Source: a virus
Lineage: Duplodnaviria; Caudoviricetes
Direction: 5' to 3' (one strand)
Virus record (IMG/VR): IMGVR_UViG_3300028886_000028
Span: 96,001 to 160,000 of that record
Length of the DNA stretch: 64,000 nucleotides
This document shows, in pieces, positions 11,301 through 20,718 of this stretch (the stretch's first letter is position 1; every line of letters begins with the position of its first letter). The notes under the pieces were generated by a model. That model did no database searches. It saw nothing but the letters and a program-made list of their open reading frames with translations, and had not been told where the DNA came from. Both the position numbers and the translations under genes were made by a program.

Positions 11301-14300
11301 CATCTGATGGATACGAAAAGTATTTGGATGTGTTAAACTCAAGAGAATTTACATTTACTGAATTTCCTGGCGTTAATAACGATTTAAGTATTTTAACAAG
11401 AGGACTCAGCAGTAGTCCTGCTAATTCAATTTTTGGAGAATTGCTATATTATAAACAAAAAAGCAAAAAAGATAAAGCATTATTGTTTTTAGCATCTCTA
11501 GGCTATGCTTTCGATTATAAAAAAATAATAGAGGACTATATCACAAATGATGATGTTACAATGTGTATTATTCCTTTGCCAGCAATAATGTTTATTGGCG
11601 CATTACTTTGGTCTGATACAGAAAAAAGTATAGTAAAACATTATAATACAAACTATTATAAAGAATCGTTAGAGTTATTAAACAATTTGAGGGGAGATGT
11701 AAAAAGAAGATTTATTGAAATTTTTGAAAATTGGGTTTTTGATGGTGTTGAAAACGATTCACTTTTACGTTCATTTGATGAAATGAGAGAAGGGTTGGAG
11801 TTATCATTTGAACATAAAGATAGAACTTATAGTGATTTTTTTAGGCTAATTCCGGAAATTGAAGATAAAGGATTGTTTGGAAATTCAAGAAGCGGAAAAC
11901 TTCGCTATTTAAATGAATCATATGATTCTATAATGGATTTACTAAAAGGTGAATTAAAAGATGATTTTTTTAGAAATTATATTACAATAGATGAAGATGT
12001 ATGCGGCAGTTCAGAAGATTTTACAAGGGGTATAAGATTAGGCAATAGGGATGGCGGACCAAGTTCTGTTCACGCCATTAATTTTGCTTTAGCCGGATGT
12101 GTTTTTTCTAAGAATAGTAAATATTTTAAAAACAATTCAAACACAAACGTTAATGTAAATATAGGCACTTTAGAATCGTTTTTTGATGGCTTTTTAGAAA
12201 AAATACATGAAGAAAACATATATGAAAATAATGAAACTAATTCACAAATATCACAAGCAAAAGAGCCTGATGACTCTAATACCGATATAAAAATAGGTAT
12301 ATACAGGTATTGTAAGATGATATATGATAAATGGCTCGCCGGGTTAACTGATGAGGAATTTGAAGAACAATGGACTATGAAATCTTTTTTTTCAGGAGAA
12401 GATAAGTATTTTTATTTCATTGATGCATTTTATAATATTACTGATTTCATACCAATCAATATTGGAGATTTTTGTGACCAAATAGTAAGTTGTTACAGGG
12501 ATGACCAATTTTCATTATTATCGTTTTTATCTAGCGTATATGCGAAGAATAAATTTAATTTCTTATGCGTACAAAATTTTATTGATTTAGGTAAAAGGGA
12601 AAACATGGAAAAAATGTTTGATACGGTTCCATATACAGAAAATTGGAGCATTAAAAGACATCCTAATTTCATAGTTATGTATCCATATGAATCATCTAAT
12701 TATCTTGATATTGAAAATGGAGAATATGAAAATGATGGCTTTTTAATTAATCAGCCTAATAGTGTTAGAAATAAATGGCCTGAACCTTTAACTTCAAGGA
12801 ACGCTAATTCAAGTATAAGGTATAGTATTCCTGCATTTGGTGTGTCATATGGAAAAATGTATCAGAGTTATTTCAAAGATATAGATATATCTATGGATAA
12901 CCCTACAGTAACTGAACAATCTATAAAGGCTCAATTTGCTATAGCTTGTCAGAATAATACAGGAGAACAAACCGGTGACCGTGCTAAATTGTACACATAT
13001 GGTCAAGATTTATATTCAATATATTCAAACAACTCTTACACTTGTAACGTTACTATGATGGGCTGCGCTTGGATTCAGCCACTTATGTATTTTGTTTTGA
13101 ACAACATACCAATGTTTAGAGGAACATATTTAATAGAAAAAGTCACCCATCATATAGAGCCCGGAAATATGATTACTAAATTTATGGGGGTAAGAATGTC
13201 TAACGTTTGCACAAGAATAGCTCGTGAAGAAGCAATAAGAGAAAGGAATAACCAAACAGGCAATGGAGAAGCCAATGGCACATATACATCAGTAAGGGAA
13301 AAAATGGCAAGCGTAGATAATGATTGCCCATATAAGGAATATCCTTTAACATTTGATGAAGGTTATCTTGAATTATCTGAAGATGTCGCATCTAACGCAA
13401 ATCAAATAATGAAAGCTATTATGCTAAGAGGCTATACTAAAGCACAAGCGGCAGGGATAGTTGGAAATATGCAAGTTGAATCTCCCGGTTTAAACCCAAA
13501 AACTGTTGTTTGCGACACATCAGGATATTTAAGCGGAGGATTGTGTATGTGGCACAAGCATTCTTTAGCTGCTTTAATTAATAGAGACCCTAAAAATGTA
13601 TCACAAGTTGTTCATGGGGAAGGTTATCCTTGTGATAGTACCGATAAAAATGAAATATCAGCAAACTTACCTGATGGAGCATATCAAGTGAAATTCCTTT
13701 TAGACTCTTTAGAAGAAAATTCTTATCTACTTATAAATAGAAATGTTAAACCTTTATTAGAAGCAGAATCTTCCCCAGAAGGAGCAGCGGCTGTATTTGC
13801 AGACAAATTCGAAGCTTGCGGCGGGTGCAGTAATACTAATAGCAAAACTGTCAAAGAAAGAATGAAAAATGCCAGAATGTTTTATGATAATTATAGTGAG
13901 CCTAATGCGCCTAAAATTGAGAAAAACTCTGACAATCATATATCAGATTTAGCTAATGGATTTTTACACGCTTTAAATAAAACGGCAGCAGCATCTTCAA
14001 ATTCAGTAGAAATTGGAATTGATTCTAAAAAAAGTAATGGAGATACCATATGGTTGACTAACGCGAAAAATAGTAGTGATTTCAGTTCAGTATTAGATAT
14101 GATATTATCTGCATACAGTGAAAAAGTTTCTAACATTAATTGGATTTTACCAGGTGATGGACAAACTCAAAATTCTATACCGTCTGCTTATTTGGTTACA
14201 GTTAAAGAAGGAAGTAAATCTGTTAATATAAAAGTAACATCTGAAAACTATCCAAATACTGAAATTAAACCTAAAGGCAGTAATGCGGCAGGAATACACA

Positions 14301-15019
14301 TTTCAAAAGGTAATGATAATGGAGGTATTCATCAACATTTTTGTAAGGCGCTTGTTAAAGCATATAAATCGCCAACAGAAGAACTTAAAAAAGACACTAA
14401 CAATAATATTGATGATTATAATGCATTGTTTATTGATGAAAAATATAAGTTACAAAATTGTAATGAAGCAATGGCAAACGCAGGATTAATTGAAGGAAGT
14501 ACAGGTGGAGAAGAAAATGAAACCGGCTATATTGGTGATTGGAATGTTGGTTTGTTTGTACAAAAGTTGTATTATTGGCAGGCTAATATATGCGAAAAAA
14601 GAGAAGATGGTAAAAGAAAAAATAGAGTAAGTAGAAAGAAAATATGCTCACCGCATTCTGAAGACTGCGGTTGTGGATGGTGTACAGGAGCAGTTAATAG
14701 AGCATTACGTGATTCTGGTTTTGGAGATAAATATTGGGCAGAATTCCCTTGGCAAGTATATGAAAAAATGAAAAGTGAAAATAGTGATTTTGTAGAAGTA
14801 AGGGGTGCTCAGTCTGTTACCAATAAAACTGAATTCCAACTTGGAAAAATTAATAAAGGAGATATATGTGTTATGTGGTCTAAAGATAAATCTACACATT
14901 TCCATACTTGTGCATATGATGGCTCTAATTGGTATTCTGATTTTAAACAAAATTCATGCAACGTATATAGAAGCAGTAATGCGTGTTCTATGGAATGGCA
15001 TCTTTTCAGACACAAATAA
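8393..15019 (+). CDS. Baseplate hub (gp27/VgrG-like) fused to tail lysozyme and C-terminal CHAP/NlpC-P60-like amidase
   Basis: Hub motif 'CNVTMMGCAWIQP...GTYLIEKVTHHI'. Phage tail lysozyme 'QAAGIVGNMQVES...AAAVFADKFE...RMKNA'. Papain-fold amidase 'GWCTGAVNRAL...GDICV...HTCAYDGSNWYSDF'. Confidence 0.75.
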   Translation: MKRTKVGNIENNIIYVEPNYVFSTEEYGINGLNTYEFAPPLEDYSIFVNLEVEVRGRNVQSSKSSNNRKLILSFVTNTDGSSAVNFMQGSKIPIGEKGASINSLTTNYTDIFLGDLKRNGPSTETFGIQSIDISYNSYMVPEVTIEFIDVRGVALFAQKEYYETNKNIDEAINSNNKEDIANTFFQCFFTFPYPKFTILVKGFYGQPVSYELTCADFRARFDSKTGNFACTAKFVGYHFSFLNDVMMNGIVAAPYSDYIGASYWEERNFKLIGNSGQEVNLPKIGWLLNKMKDIEANAIKMAQSDPAAQEKIELDNKTNRYQNIESAYNKFVNEIDRLVLEKNEREDLYYRVNTDNGALRGAVMLTPTENGKEFRVHFADISGQIKGVYDRLESLLDEYNNEFPNEKLPKPDRFYDSTPSLRITDQGNDGTKATMYIKGNEDIKNDYKNLFDAFKKGVDDGNLQGYNPLLDYRSVYYYKDNKFASTLEEYKKNNAEKTTDVEKKIEKIVDTAISEALGFHPTVENMTRIVMAHFETFARMIFKTAQIICDEKPSRTIRSLGVSDARDINDVPNKGGSYDIVVPPFPKVVTEVKRENSTIREESWVGDYPGDFREKDLVHGIINGVKEVAKDIATYESTGDTPSYGGSETSKNAVMRFPLSPIDMVADSNPYLSGGYDPNDVSSLLGLVALRAINIFGMTNFKDWDSNAKTIGVAEAYNFLDDHKLSKEMLQKLSNISGGDVVSMLQGNSNGLIKRPGDGTKPWPWSLEVNIGKDGIIASNGDLNACRVKAEKNANGTEVDGFSVPYQSLSWTNYKNEVLSFNGNKAAWSNNYINSKGYANLTKNNIFTFDTNISRFSAIAEDQLKGLDGIDVYQTKFTNECKYDKEKYEKILKNADNVISYVIENASSIVPSDGSCMLPTSKNVFSNKSFEHGYNLDYFNDEYPGEGSSGQWWWKDGWKDKDGNEVKRKASDGYEKYLDVLNSREFTFTEFPGVNNDLSILTRGLSSSPANSIFGELLYYKQKSKKDKALLFLASLGYAFDYKKIIEDYITNDDVTMCIIPLPAIMFIGALLWSDTEKSIVKHYNTNYYKESLELLNNLRGDVKRRFIEIFENWVFDGVENDSLLRSFDEMREGLELSFEHKDRTYSDFFRLIPEIEDKGLFGNSRSGKLRYLNESYDSIMDLLKGELKDDFFRNYITIDEDVCGSSEDFTRGIRLGNRDGGPSSVHAINFALAGCVFSKNSKYFKNNSNTNVNVNIGTLESFFDGFLEKIHEENIYENNETNSQISQAKEPDDSNTDIKIGIYRYCKMIYDKWLAGLTDEEFEEQWTMKSFFSGEDKYFYFIDAFYNITDFIPINIGDFCDQIVSCYRDDQFSLLSFLSSVYAKNKFNFLCVQNFIDLGKRENMEKMFDTVPYTENWSIKRHPNFIVMYPYESSNYLDIENGEYENDGFLINQPNSVRNKWPEPLTSRNANSSIRYSIPAFGVSYGKMYQSYFKDIDISMDNPTVTEQSIKAQFAIACQNNTGEQTGDRAKLYTYGQDLYSIYSNNSYTCNVTMMGCAWIQPLMYFVLNNIPMFRGTYLIEKVTHHIEPGNMITKFMGVRMSNVCTRIAREEAIRERNNQTGNGEANGTYTSVREKMASVDNDCPYKEYPLTFDEGYLELSEDVASNANQIMKAIMLRGYTKAQAAGIVGNMQVESPGLNPKTVVCDTSGYLSGGLCMWHKHSLAALINRDPKNVSQVVHGEGYPCDSTDKNEISANLPDGAYQVKFLLDSLEENSYLLINRNVKPLLEAESSPEGAAAVFADKFEACGGCSNTNSKTVKERMKNARMFYDNYSEPNAPKIEKNSDNHISDLANGFLHALNKTAAASSNSVEIGIDSKKSNGDTIWLTNAKNSSDFSSVLDMILSAYSEKVSNINWILPGDGQTQNSIPSAYLVTVKEGSKSVNIKVTSENYPNTEIKPKGSNAAGIHISKGNDNGGIHQHFCKALVKAYKSPTEELKKDTNNNIDDYNALFIDEKYKLQNCNEAMANAGLIEGSTGGEENETGYIGDWNVGLFVQKLYYWQANICEKREDGKRKNRVSRKKICSPHSEDCGCGWCTGAVNRALRDSGFGDKYWAEFPWQVYEKMKSENSDFVEVRGAQSVTNKTEFQLGKINKGDICVMWSKDKSTHFHTCAYDGSNWYSDFKQNSCNVYRSSNACSMEWHLFRHK

Positions 15020-15043
15020 TTTCCTTTTTTAAAAATTTTCTTG

Positions 15044-15051
15044 TATATTTG
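15044..15051 (+). promoter_or_regulatory. Bacteroidota-type -7 promoter element (TATATTTG)
   Basis: Matches TAnnTTTG within the recurring TTGTATATTTG. The -33 element is imperfect. Confidence 0.65.
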
Positions 15052-15068
15052 TTGAAAAACATAAGAAA

Positions 15069-15662
15069 ATGAAAAAATTAGGATATATTGTTTCCGATAG
15101 AAAAATTAATAATGCAAAGGATTTCGTTGAGGTGGTTAATGATATTTCATTAGTGGACTCAACGAAACCTGTTTTATTAGTTGGCATCGAAAATGCCAAG
15201 AAAAATATAAAAAATTTTTCTATTTTAGAAAAAAAAGTTAATGATAATCTTTTTTGGACATTTAAAAAAATAGAAAAAAGGGTTGACTTTGAAAATGATA
15301 TAAATTATTTTTATAAATATATTATATATAATATTACTAGTAATATAAAGTATTATTATATTAATATATTAAATTTAAAATATAATAAAATAAAAAAATT
15401 ATATAATATATTATTTTCTAGTGAAAAAAAATATATTTATATTAGTAATAATATGCTTTATGTATTATATAACGGAAGCGTTTTAGGTATATCAATTTCA
15501 ATTCTTGAATACATTAATATTGATATTAAAAAATTCTTTAGGAAATTATATTCAAATAAAGAAAATATAATTTGTACAAACGCATCTGAATGCGTAAAAA
15601 GCATTAAGTCTGAAATAGGAAATAAAAAATACGTTATACCGTATTTTATGTCAATACTTTGA
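15069..15662 (+). CDS. Hypothetical protein
   Basis: 197-aa ORF downstream of a host-type promoter, with an extremely AT-rich central part. Confidence 0.6.
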   Translation: MKKLGYIVSDRKINNAKDFVEVVNDISLVDSTKPVLLVGIENAKKNIKNFSILEKKVNDNLFWTFKKIEKRVDFENDINYFYKYIIYNITSNIKYYYINILNLKYNKIKKLYNILFSSEKKYIYISNNMLYVLYNGSVLGISISILEYINIDIKKFFRKLYSNKENIICTNASECVKSIKSEIGNKKYVIPYFMSIL

Positions 15663-15666
15663 AATA

Positions 15667-16080
15667 ATGTTAACAAAAAAAGGTGTTATAATAAGTACAT
15701 TTGTAGCAAAAAACAGAATACTTTCGTTTTTAGAAATGCTTAAATACAAATTTGGGATAAAATTAGATAAAACTTTTGTATATTCTATAAGTACAAATGA
15801 AAAAGAATATCTAGTCACATTCAAAACATTTAATAAAAATAAATTTATAAAAAAACTTCCAAATTCAACTATTATGCATGTAAAAAACGGATGTTTGTTC
15901 TCAATTAATGCACTTAACAGGTTGATTGAAATTGATAATAATTTTGATAAAGATAAGCCTTACAATGAAGTTGAAATAGATTGGGATTTTTATAAGGATA
16001 AACTTATAATTTTAACAAATGGTATTCTAAATATCTACAGTTTGTCAAAAATAGAGGATAAATGCTCTTTTTTGGCTTAA
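15667..16080 (+). CDS. Hypothetical protein
   Basis: 137-aa ORF, 4 nt after the previous gene. Contains a 'FSINALN..I' motif. Confidence 0.65.
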   Translation: MLTKKGVIISTFVAKNRILSFLEMLKYKFGIKLDKTFVYSISTNEKEYLVTFKTFNKNKFIKKLPNSTIMHVKNGCLFSINALNRLIEIDNNFDKDKPYNEVEIDWDFYKDKLIILTNGILNIYSLSKIEDKCSFLA

Positions 16081-16084
16081 AATG

Positions 16085-16093
16085 ATATTTATA
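16085..16093 (+). promoter_or_regulatory. Putative late promoter (ATATTTATA)
   Basis: Recurring motif about 20 nt upstream of the ATG at 16113. Confidence 0.65.
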
Positions 16094-16112
16094 TATATAA
16101 ATTATTAATATT

Positions 16113-16424
16113 ATGGCTTTTATAATTAAGAAATCTCAAAGCGTCAAACCACAGCAAAAAAACGCTAGCAGAAAACGCGAAGAAATTATTAAAAAAGAAA
16201 CAGTTAAGCCAATAGAAAAAAAAGAGGCAACTGTTGAAGAAAATAAAGACAAAAAAAAAGAAATAATTAAAGTTATGGATAAAATTTCAACTATAGAATC
16301 AATAGTAAATAACACCCCAAATAAGGATGTTAAGAGAATAAAAAGAGATAAGGGATTAATAGAAAGAACAGAAAGTTCAAAAACAATTTTAACTGAAGAT
16401 AATAAACAGCTTTTAGTGGATTAA
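16113..16424 (+). CDS. Hypothetical Lys/Glu-rich protein (possibly head-associated)
   Basis: 103 aa, highly charged, C-terminal 'ILTEDNKQLL'. Follows a late promoter. Confidence 0.6.
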   Translation: MAFIIKKSQSVKPQQKNASRKREEIIKKETVKPIEKKEATVEENKDKKKEIIKVMDKISTIESIVNNTPNKDVKRIKRDKGLIERTESSKTILTEDNKQLLVD

Positions 16425-16436
16425 TAGCATATAATA

Positions 16437-17267
16437 ATGGCAAACTACAAGTATTTAAAAGAAAATAATCTTTTTGAGGCTCATATGAGATATATGAGAG
16501 CATTGGGAGAATCATTTGCGCCTATAGAAGAAGCTGATAATGACCAAAACCAGCAGCAAAACCAACAAGGAGCAGGAATGCCACCGGCACCTGGGTCTGA
16601 CCCAATGGGTGGCGGACAAGACCCAATGATGGGTGGAGTTCCCGGTGGGGCAATGCCTGGACCTGACCCTATGGCAGGAGGAGCACCTGGTTCAGATAAC
16701 GGTGGTATGCCAGACCCAAATGCAGACCCAAATGGAGCAATGCCTGGTGCTGACCCAATGGGCGGTCCTGACCCTATGGCAGATGAAGGGATAGAAGAAG
16801 ACGAGCCTAAAGAGGATGATGAAGTTATTGATGTTGACGATTTAACTGATGCACAGGAAAAGGTAAATGATAAGGTAAATTCTGTTGGAAGAGATTTAGG
16901 AAAGGTAGACGCTAGAATAGAAAAACTTATAGGCGCAATAGAAACATTGCAAAGTATGTTTGACAAGAACAATCAAGAAATTGCAGACCTTAAAACAGAA
17001 TTTGAAAAGAGAAACCCAACGCAGACAGAAAAGTTAAATCTTCGCTCATTAGATTCTTATCCATTTAAAGTTAGGCCTACTGATTATTGGAAAGATAAAG
17101 CCGAAAATAGTAATTACTCTGCATATGCAGATAATCAGGAGCCTACAACTCAAGAATATGTAATAACAAATGATGATGTTGATGATTTTAACGAAAGAGA
17201 AATAGCAGATACTTTTTCTATTACAGATGATTTGGAACAAAACATAAAAAAAATATTTGGCATATAG
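16437..17267 (+). CDS. Putative prohead core / scaffold-like protein
   Basis: N-terminal LKE/LFE/LGE/IEE sites, Pro-Gly-Met-Asp low-complexity linker, acidic stretch, then a coiled coil. Confidence 0.5.
   Translation: MANYKYLKENNLFEAHMRYMRALGESFAPIEEADNDQNQQQNQQGAGMPPAPGSDPMGGGQDPMMGGVPGGAMPGPDPMAGGAPGSDNGGMPDPNADPNGAMPGADPMGGPDPMADEGIEEDEPKEDDEVIDVDDLTDAQEKVNDKVNSVGRDLGKVDARIEKLIGAIETLQSMFDKNNQEIADLKTEFEKRNPTQTEKLNLRSLDSYPFKVRPTDYWKDKAENSNYSAYADNQEPTTQEYVITNDDVDDFNEREIADTFSITDDLEQNIKKIFGI
16576..16790 (+). repeat. Intragenic DPM(G/A)G-type repeats
   Basis: Repeated GACCC(A/T)ATG units encoding GSDPMGG / QDPMMGG / PDPMAGG / ADPMGG / PDPMA. Confidence 0.75.
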
Positions 17268-17270
17268 TAA

Positions 17271-17756
17271 ATGAAGATTATAATTAATGAAGAACAAGTA
17301 AAATTTTTAAATGAAGACATAAGCACCATTGGCGAAGTTTCTTATAATTTAAAGGAATCTATTGCTATATGGTGCTTAATGAATGATTTTAGGTTTTTTA
17401 TTCCTAACAATATTTTTGGCAGCAAAATAAGTGTTGCCAATAGCGAACAAATTAATAGGGAAATTTGTTCTGATATTATGAATGGAGAAATTATGCCGGC
17501 AGATGATGAAAAAGAACTGTTTGGGCATAATGATTATGATGATTTTGAAGATGGTGACGATGAAAGAGAAGAATTTATGAACAGCAATAAAATATATAAA
17601 GTTCAATATGGTGAAGAAGAATATTATATAGAAGTTGCTAGCGATATATATGAATATAGTGGAGAAATGATTTTAGAAAAATATATTGATAAAGAATTAG
17701 ATGATACTGTATGGTATTATGATTCTATTGACTGGTTTTTTAAAAAATTTAAATAA
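17271..17756 (+). CDS. Acidic hypothetical protein with 'IINE...LNED' leader
   Basis: 161 aa, starts MKIIINEEQVKFLNED. Confidence 0.65.
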   Translation: MKIIINEEQVKFLNEDISTIGEVSYNLKESIAIWCLMNDFRFFIPNNIFGSKISVANSEQINREICSDIMNGEIMPADDEKELFGHNDYDDFEDGDDEREEFMNSNKIYKVQYGEEEYYIEVASDIYEYSGEMILEKYIDKELDDTVWYYDSIDWFFKKFK

Positions 17757-17783
17757 AAGTTTTTATTTTTAACATTTTTTTTG

Positions 17784-17791
17784 TATATTTG
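17784..17791 (+). promoter_or_regulatory. Bacteroidota-type -7 promoter (TATATTTG) for the ssb-tdk-recA operon
   Basis: TAnnTTTG match within TTGTATATTTG, 50 nt before the SSB start. Confidence 0.7.
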
Positions 17792-17841
17792 TAATATAGA
17801 ATTTAAGTGCCGCATGGCACATTTTTAATAATTTTTAATTT

Positions 17842-18831
17842 ATGGAAGAAAAAGTTTTAACAGCAAACATTGATGCAGATGCTGTAGCAGAGCAGTATGA
17901 AAAAGAACACACAACTACAGTTTCAACAAAAAAGAAAACAGAATTTAATGAAAAAAATTATCTTCAGGCAAGATTAAAACCTGGAGAAAAATCAAAATCT
18001 TTAACAATTAGGTTATTACCTTTTTCCACAGAAGGCGGTAGCCCTTTCAAGAAAGTTTTTATTCATACAGTTAAAGTCAACAAGGAATTAAGTCCCGGAG
18101 GTTGGCGTACTTTCGTATGCCCCACTAATAACAAGATGGGCGATAGATGCCCATTTTGTGAAGTTTCTGCTGAAGCTAAAAAATTGAGATTTGAAGCATC
18201 AACAGAAATTGAGAAGAAGAAATTTGGTGACGTTGAATTTATGAACAGGGCAAAGGCTGCATGGATTGTAAGGTGCGTTGAAAGAGGTCATGAAGATGAT
18301 GGGGTTAAGTTTTGGCTTTTTAATGATTCTAAGTCTCAAAAAGGCGTTTATAACGACATTATGAACATTTATTTTGAAAGGAAAAAAGCAGCAGAGAGAA
18401 AAGGTAAAGACTGTAATATATTTGACCTTAATGACGGCAAGGATTTAATAATTACTCTTTCAAAAGATGAAAATGGTAAAACTGTAACTAAGGTTGTTGA
18501 TGATGACGAAAGAACGCCGTTAAGTGAAAGTTATGAGCAATCAATGGCTTGGATTACTGATTCTAAGCAATGGAACGAGGTATATACAGTTAAACCATAT
18601 GAATATATGGAAATAGTTGCAAAAGATGGAGTCCCGGTTTTTGACAAAAATAAAAATAGATACGTTGATAAATTTGAAAAAATAGAAGAGGACAAAAAAG
18701 CAGCAGAAGAAGAACTAAAAGAAAATTTAACTGAGCATACAAAGGATTTTTCTGATTTCCCAAAAGAAGAGCAAAAAACAGATGATTTTGGAGGTATAAT
18801 AATTGATGGCGAAGATGATTTGCCGTTTTAA
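17842..18831 (+). CDS. Single-stranded DNA-binding protein (T4 gp32-like)
   Basis: 'IRLLP', 'CP...CPFC' Zn motif, 'GVKFWLF', 'IFDLNDGKDLII', and acidic tail ending DDLPF. Confidence 0.85.
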   Translation: MEEKVLTANIDADAVAEQYEKEHTTTVSTKKKTEFNEKNYLQARLKPGEKSKSLTIRLLPFSTEGGSPFKKVFIHTVKVNKELSPGGWRTFVCPTNNKMGDRCPFCEVSAEAKKLRFEASTEIEKKKFGDVEFMNRAKAAWIVRCVERGHEDDGVKFWLFNDSKSQKGVYNDIMNIYFERKKAAERKGKDCNIFDLNDGKDLIITLSKDENGKTVTKVVDDDERTPLSESYEQSMAWITDSKQWNEVYTVKPYEYMEIVAKDGVPVFDKNKNRYVDKFEKIEEDKKAAEEELKENLTEHTKDFSDFPKEEQKTDDFGGIIIDGEDDLPF

Positions 18832-18847
18832 AAAAAAATCATTTTAG

Positions 18848-19453
18848 ATGAGTAAATTGTATTTCTATTTTGGGGTAATGAATTCATCAAAATCTTTAAG
18901 ATTGTTAGCCACAGCACACGATTTTGATGAAAAAAATATACCTATATTAGTATTAAAACCATCTGCCGATACAAGAGACGGGAAAAATATAATTAAGTCA
19001 AGGGCAGGGCTAGAAAGAGAATGCGTTTCAATAGATGCAGATGTCAACATATTTGATATTGTTAACGATTATAAAAAAATAGCAATGGCAACTCAAGCTA
19101 GGGGAATAAAATGGATTCTTATAGATGAATGCCAATTCTTAACAGAAGAACAAGTTGACCAATTAACAGATATTGTAGATTATCTAGACATCAATGTAAT
19201 ATGTTATGGTTTGAGAACTGATTTTAAATCGAAATTATTTCCGGCTTCAAAAAGACTTTTTGAATTAGCAGATGATATTGAAGAAATAAAGACTACATGC
19301 GATTGCGGAGAGAAAGCATCCATAAACGCTAGATTTAGTAAAGATGGTAAAATAATAACTGAAGGCAGTCAAATTTTAGTTGGAGGCGATGATTTATATC
19401 ACGCGATATGTAGAAAAGATTGGAAAAATCTAATAAGAGAAATTGTAAAATAA
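18848..19453 (+). CDS. tdk: Thymidine kinase
   Basis: 'LYFYFGVMNSSKS', 'ILIDECQFL', 'CYGLRTDF', 'GGDDLYHAICR'. Confidence 0.95.
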   Translation: MSKLYFYFGVMNSSKSLRLLATAHDFDEKNIPILVLKPSADTRDGKNIIKSRAGLERECVSIDADVNIFDIVNDYKKIAMATQARGIKWILIDECQFLTEEQVDQLTDIVDYLDINVICYGLRTDFKSKLFPASKRLFELADDIEEIKTTCDCGEKASINARFSKDGKIITEGSQILVGGDDLYHAICRKDWKNLIREIVK

Positions 19454-19460
19454 AAATGTT

Positions 19461-20663
19461 ATGAAACAAGCAATAAGGAAAAAGGTTTTTACAAAACCAA
19501 GTATTGATGAATTAAAATCTGAAATGGGCTTTGAAACTAAAGCGTCAGATGAACCCATTAAGAAAAGCGAACTTAAAATGTCTAGTGCTGAGAAAGAAAC
19601 AGAATTTATAATCTTGCCTAAAGCATTTGAAAACGCACTAAAATTACCAGGAATACCTAAAGGCTACCTTACTATAGCAACAGGATGGTCTAATACCGGC
19701 AAATCTACTATTAAAAATTGTTTAATTGCTGCTTGTCAAAGAGAAGGCATTGTTCCTGTTATTTTTGAAACAGAAGGAAATTTTGATTGGAAATATGCAA
19801 TAGATTGTGGAGTAGAGGCTGAACCTATATATGGAAATGTGTTGGATGAAGAAACCGGAGAAATAACCGAACAAATTATTAATTATAAAGGCTTCTTTTA
19901 CTTTTTAGACAATAAAGCTTTAGCCGAAAAATATGGAAAAATGGATTATTCAGCAGGCAAAGAGGGTTCTAAACAAAGAAAAGAGGCTGTTTTGGAAGAT
20001 ATAGCATATTGTATAAATGATTTTCTAGATAGGCAAGAAGATGGTAGATTTCCATATCCATTATGCTTCATATGGGATAGTATAGGTTCAATTCAATCAT
20101 TTAAGTCTTACACTAGCAAAAGCGGTAATAATATGTTTGATGCAGGTGCAATTTCACAAGCATTCAATAACATTATAAATAATAGGATTCCTTCTTCAAG
20201 GAAGGTAAGTGAACCTTATACTAATACGTTTTTTTGCATTAATAAAATTTGGAATGATTCTATGAATGGAATGCCTGGAGTTCCTTCTATTGAATTAAAA
20301 GGAGGAAAAACTATGTATTATGGCGCAAGATTAATAATGCATTTAGGAGGCGTTGCAAAAGCAGCAACAAAGGTTTTAAAGGCTACGGCAAAAGGAGAAA
20401 ATTTCAATTATGGAATTGTGACTAAAATTAAGGTAACTAAAAACCAACTTCCGACTCCTTACAATGTTACCTATGAAGGTACTATGTGCTGTGTACATAA
20501 TGGAATTATTTCAGAAACTGATATTGATACTTATAAAAAAGAAAACATTAAGTTAATTCTTGAAAATTTAGAAAAACAAAGGAATAAAGAAGATAAAACA
20601 ATAGTAACAGAAATAACAGAAGCAGATTTACAATATTCTGAGGAAGAAACATTAGATGAATAA
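19461..20663 (+). CDS. RecA/UvsX-like recombinase
   Basis: 'PGIPKG...GWSNTGKS' Walker A, 'FETEG', 'FIWDSIGS', 'KGG' and 'KVTKN' RecA motifs. Confidence 0.9.
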   Translation: MKQAIRKKVFTKPSIDELKSEMGFETKASDEPIKKSELKMSSAEKETEFIILPKAFENALKLPGIPKGYLTIATGWSNTGKSTIKNCLIAACQREGIVPVIFETEGNFDWKYAIDCGVEAEPIYGNVLDEETGEITEQIINYKGFFYFLDNKALAEKYGKMDYSAGKEGSKQRKEAVLEDIAYCINDFLDRQEDGRFPYPLCFIWDSIGSIQSFKSYTSKSGNNMFDAGAISQAFNNIINNRIPSSRKVSEPYTNTFFCINKIWNDSMNGMPGVPSIELKGGKTMYYGARLIMHLGGVAKAATKVLKATAKGENFNYGIVTKIKVTKNQLPTPYNVTYEGTMCCVHNGIISETDIDTYKKENIKLILENLEKQRNKEDKTIVTEITEADLQYSEEETLDE

Positions 20664-20688
20664 AATGGGCGGTTAATACCGCCCATTT
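20663..20688. terminator. Hairpin terminator between convergent recA and glycosyltransferase genes (probably bidirectional)
   Basis: AAATGGGCGGT-taat-ACCGCCCATTT perfect 11-bp stem. Confidence 0.8.
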
Positions 20689-20718
20689 ACATTGAATATA
20701 AAGTTAATTCAGTGGTTT

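Noticed and set aside
4093-15019. Bacterial T6SS/eCIS locus
   Set aside because: Tube, hub and wedge genes are interleaved with phage neck, gp32-like SSB, UvsX-like and helicase genes, so this is a phage genome.
15300-15470. Replication origin in the extremely AT-rich stretch
   Set aside because: It lies inside an open 197-aa ORF and shows no iterons. AT richness alone is insufficient.
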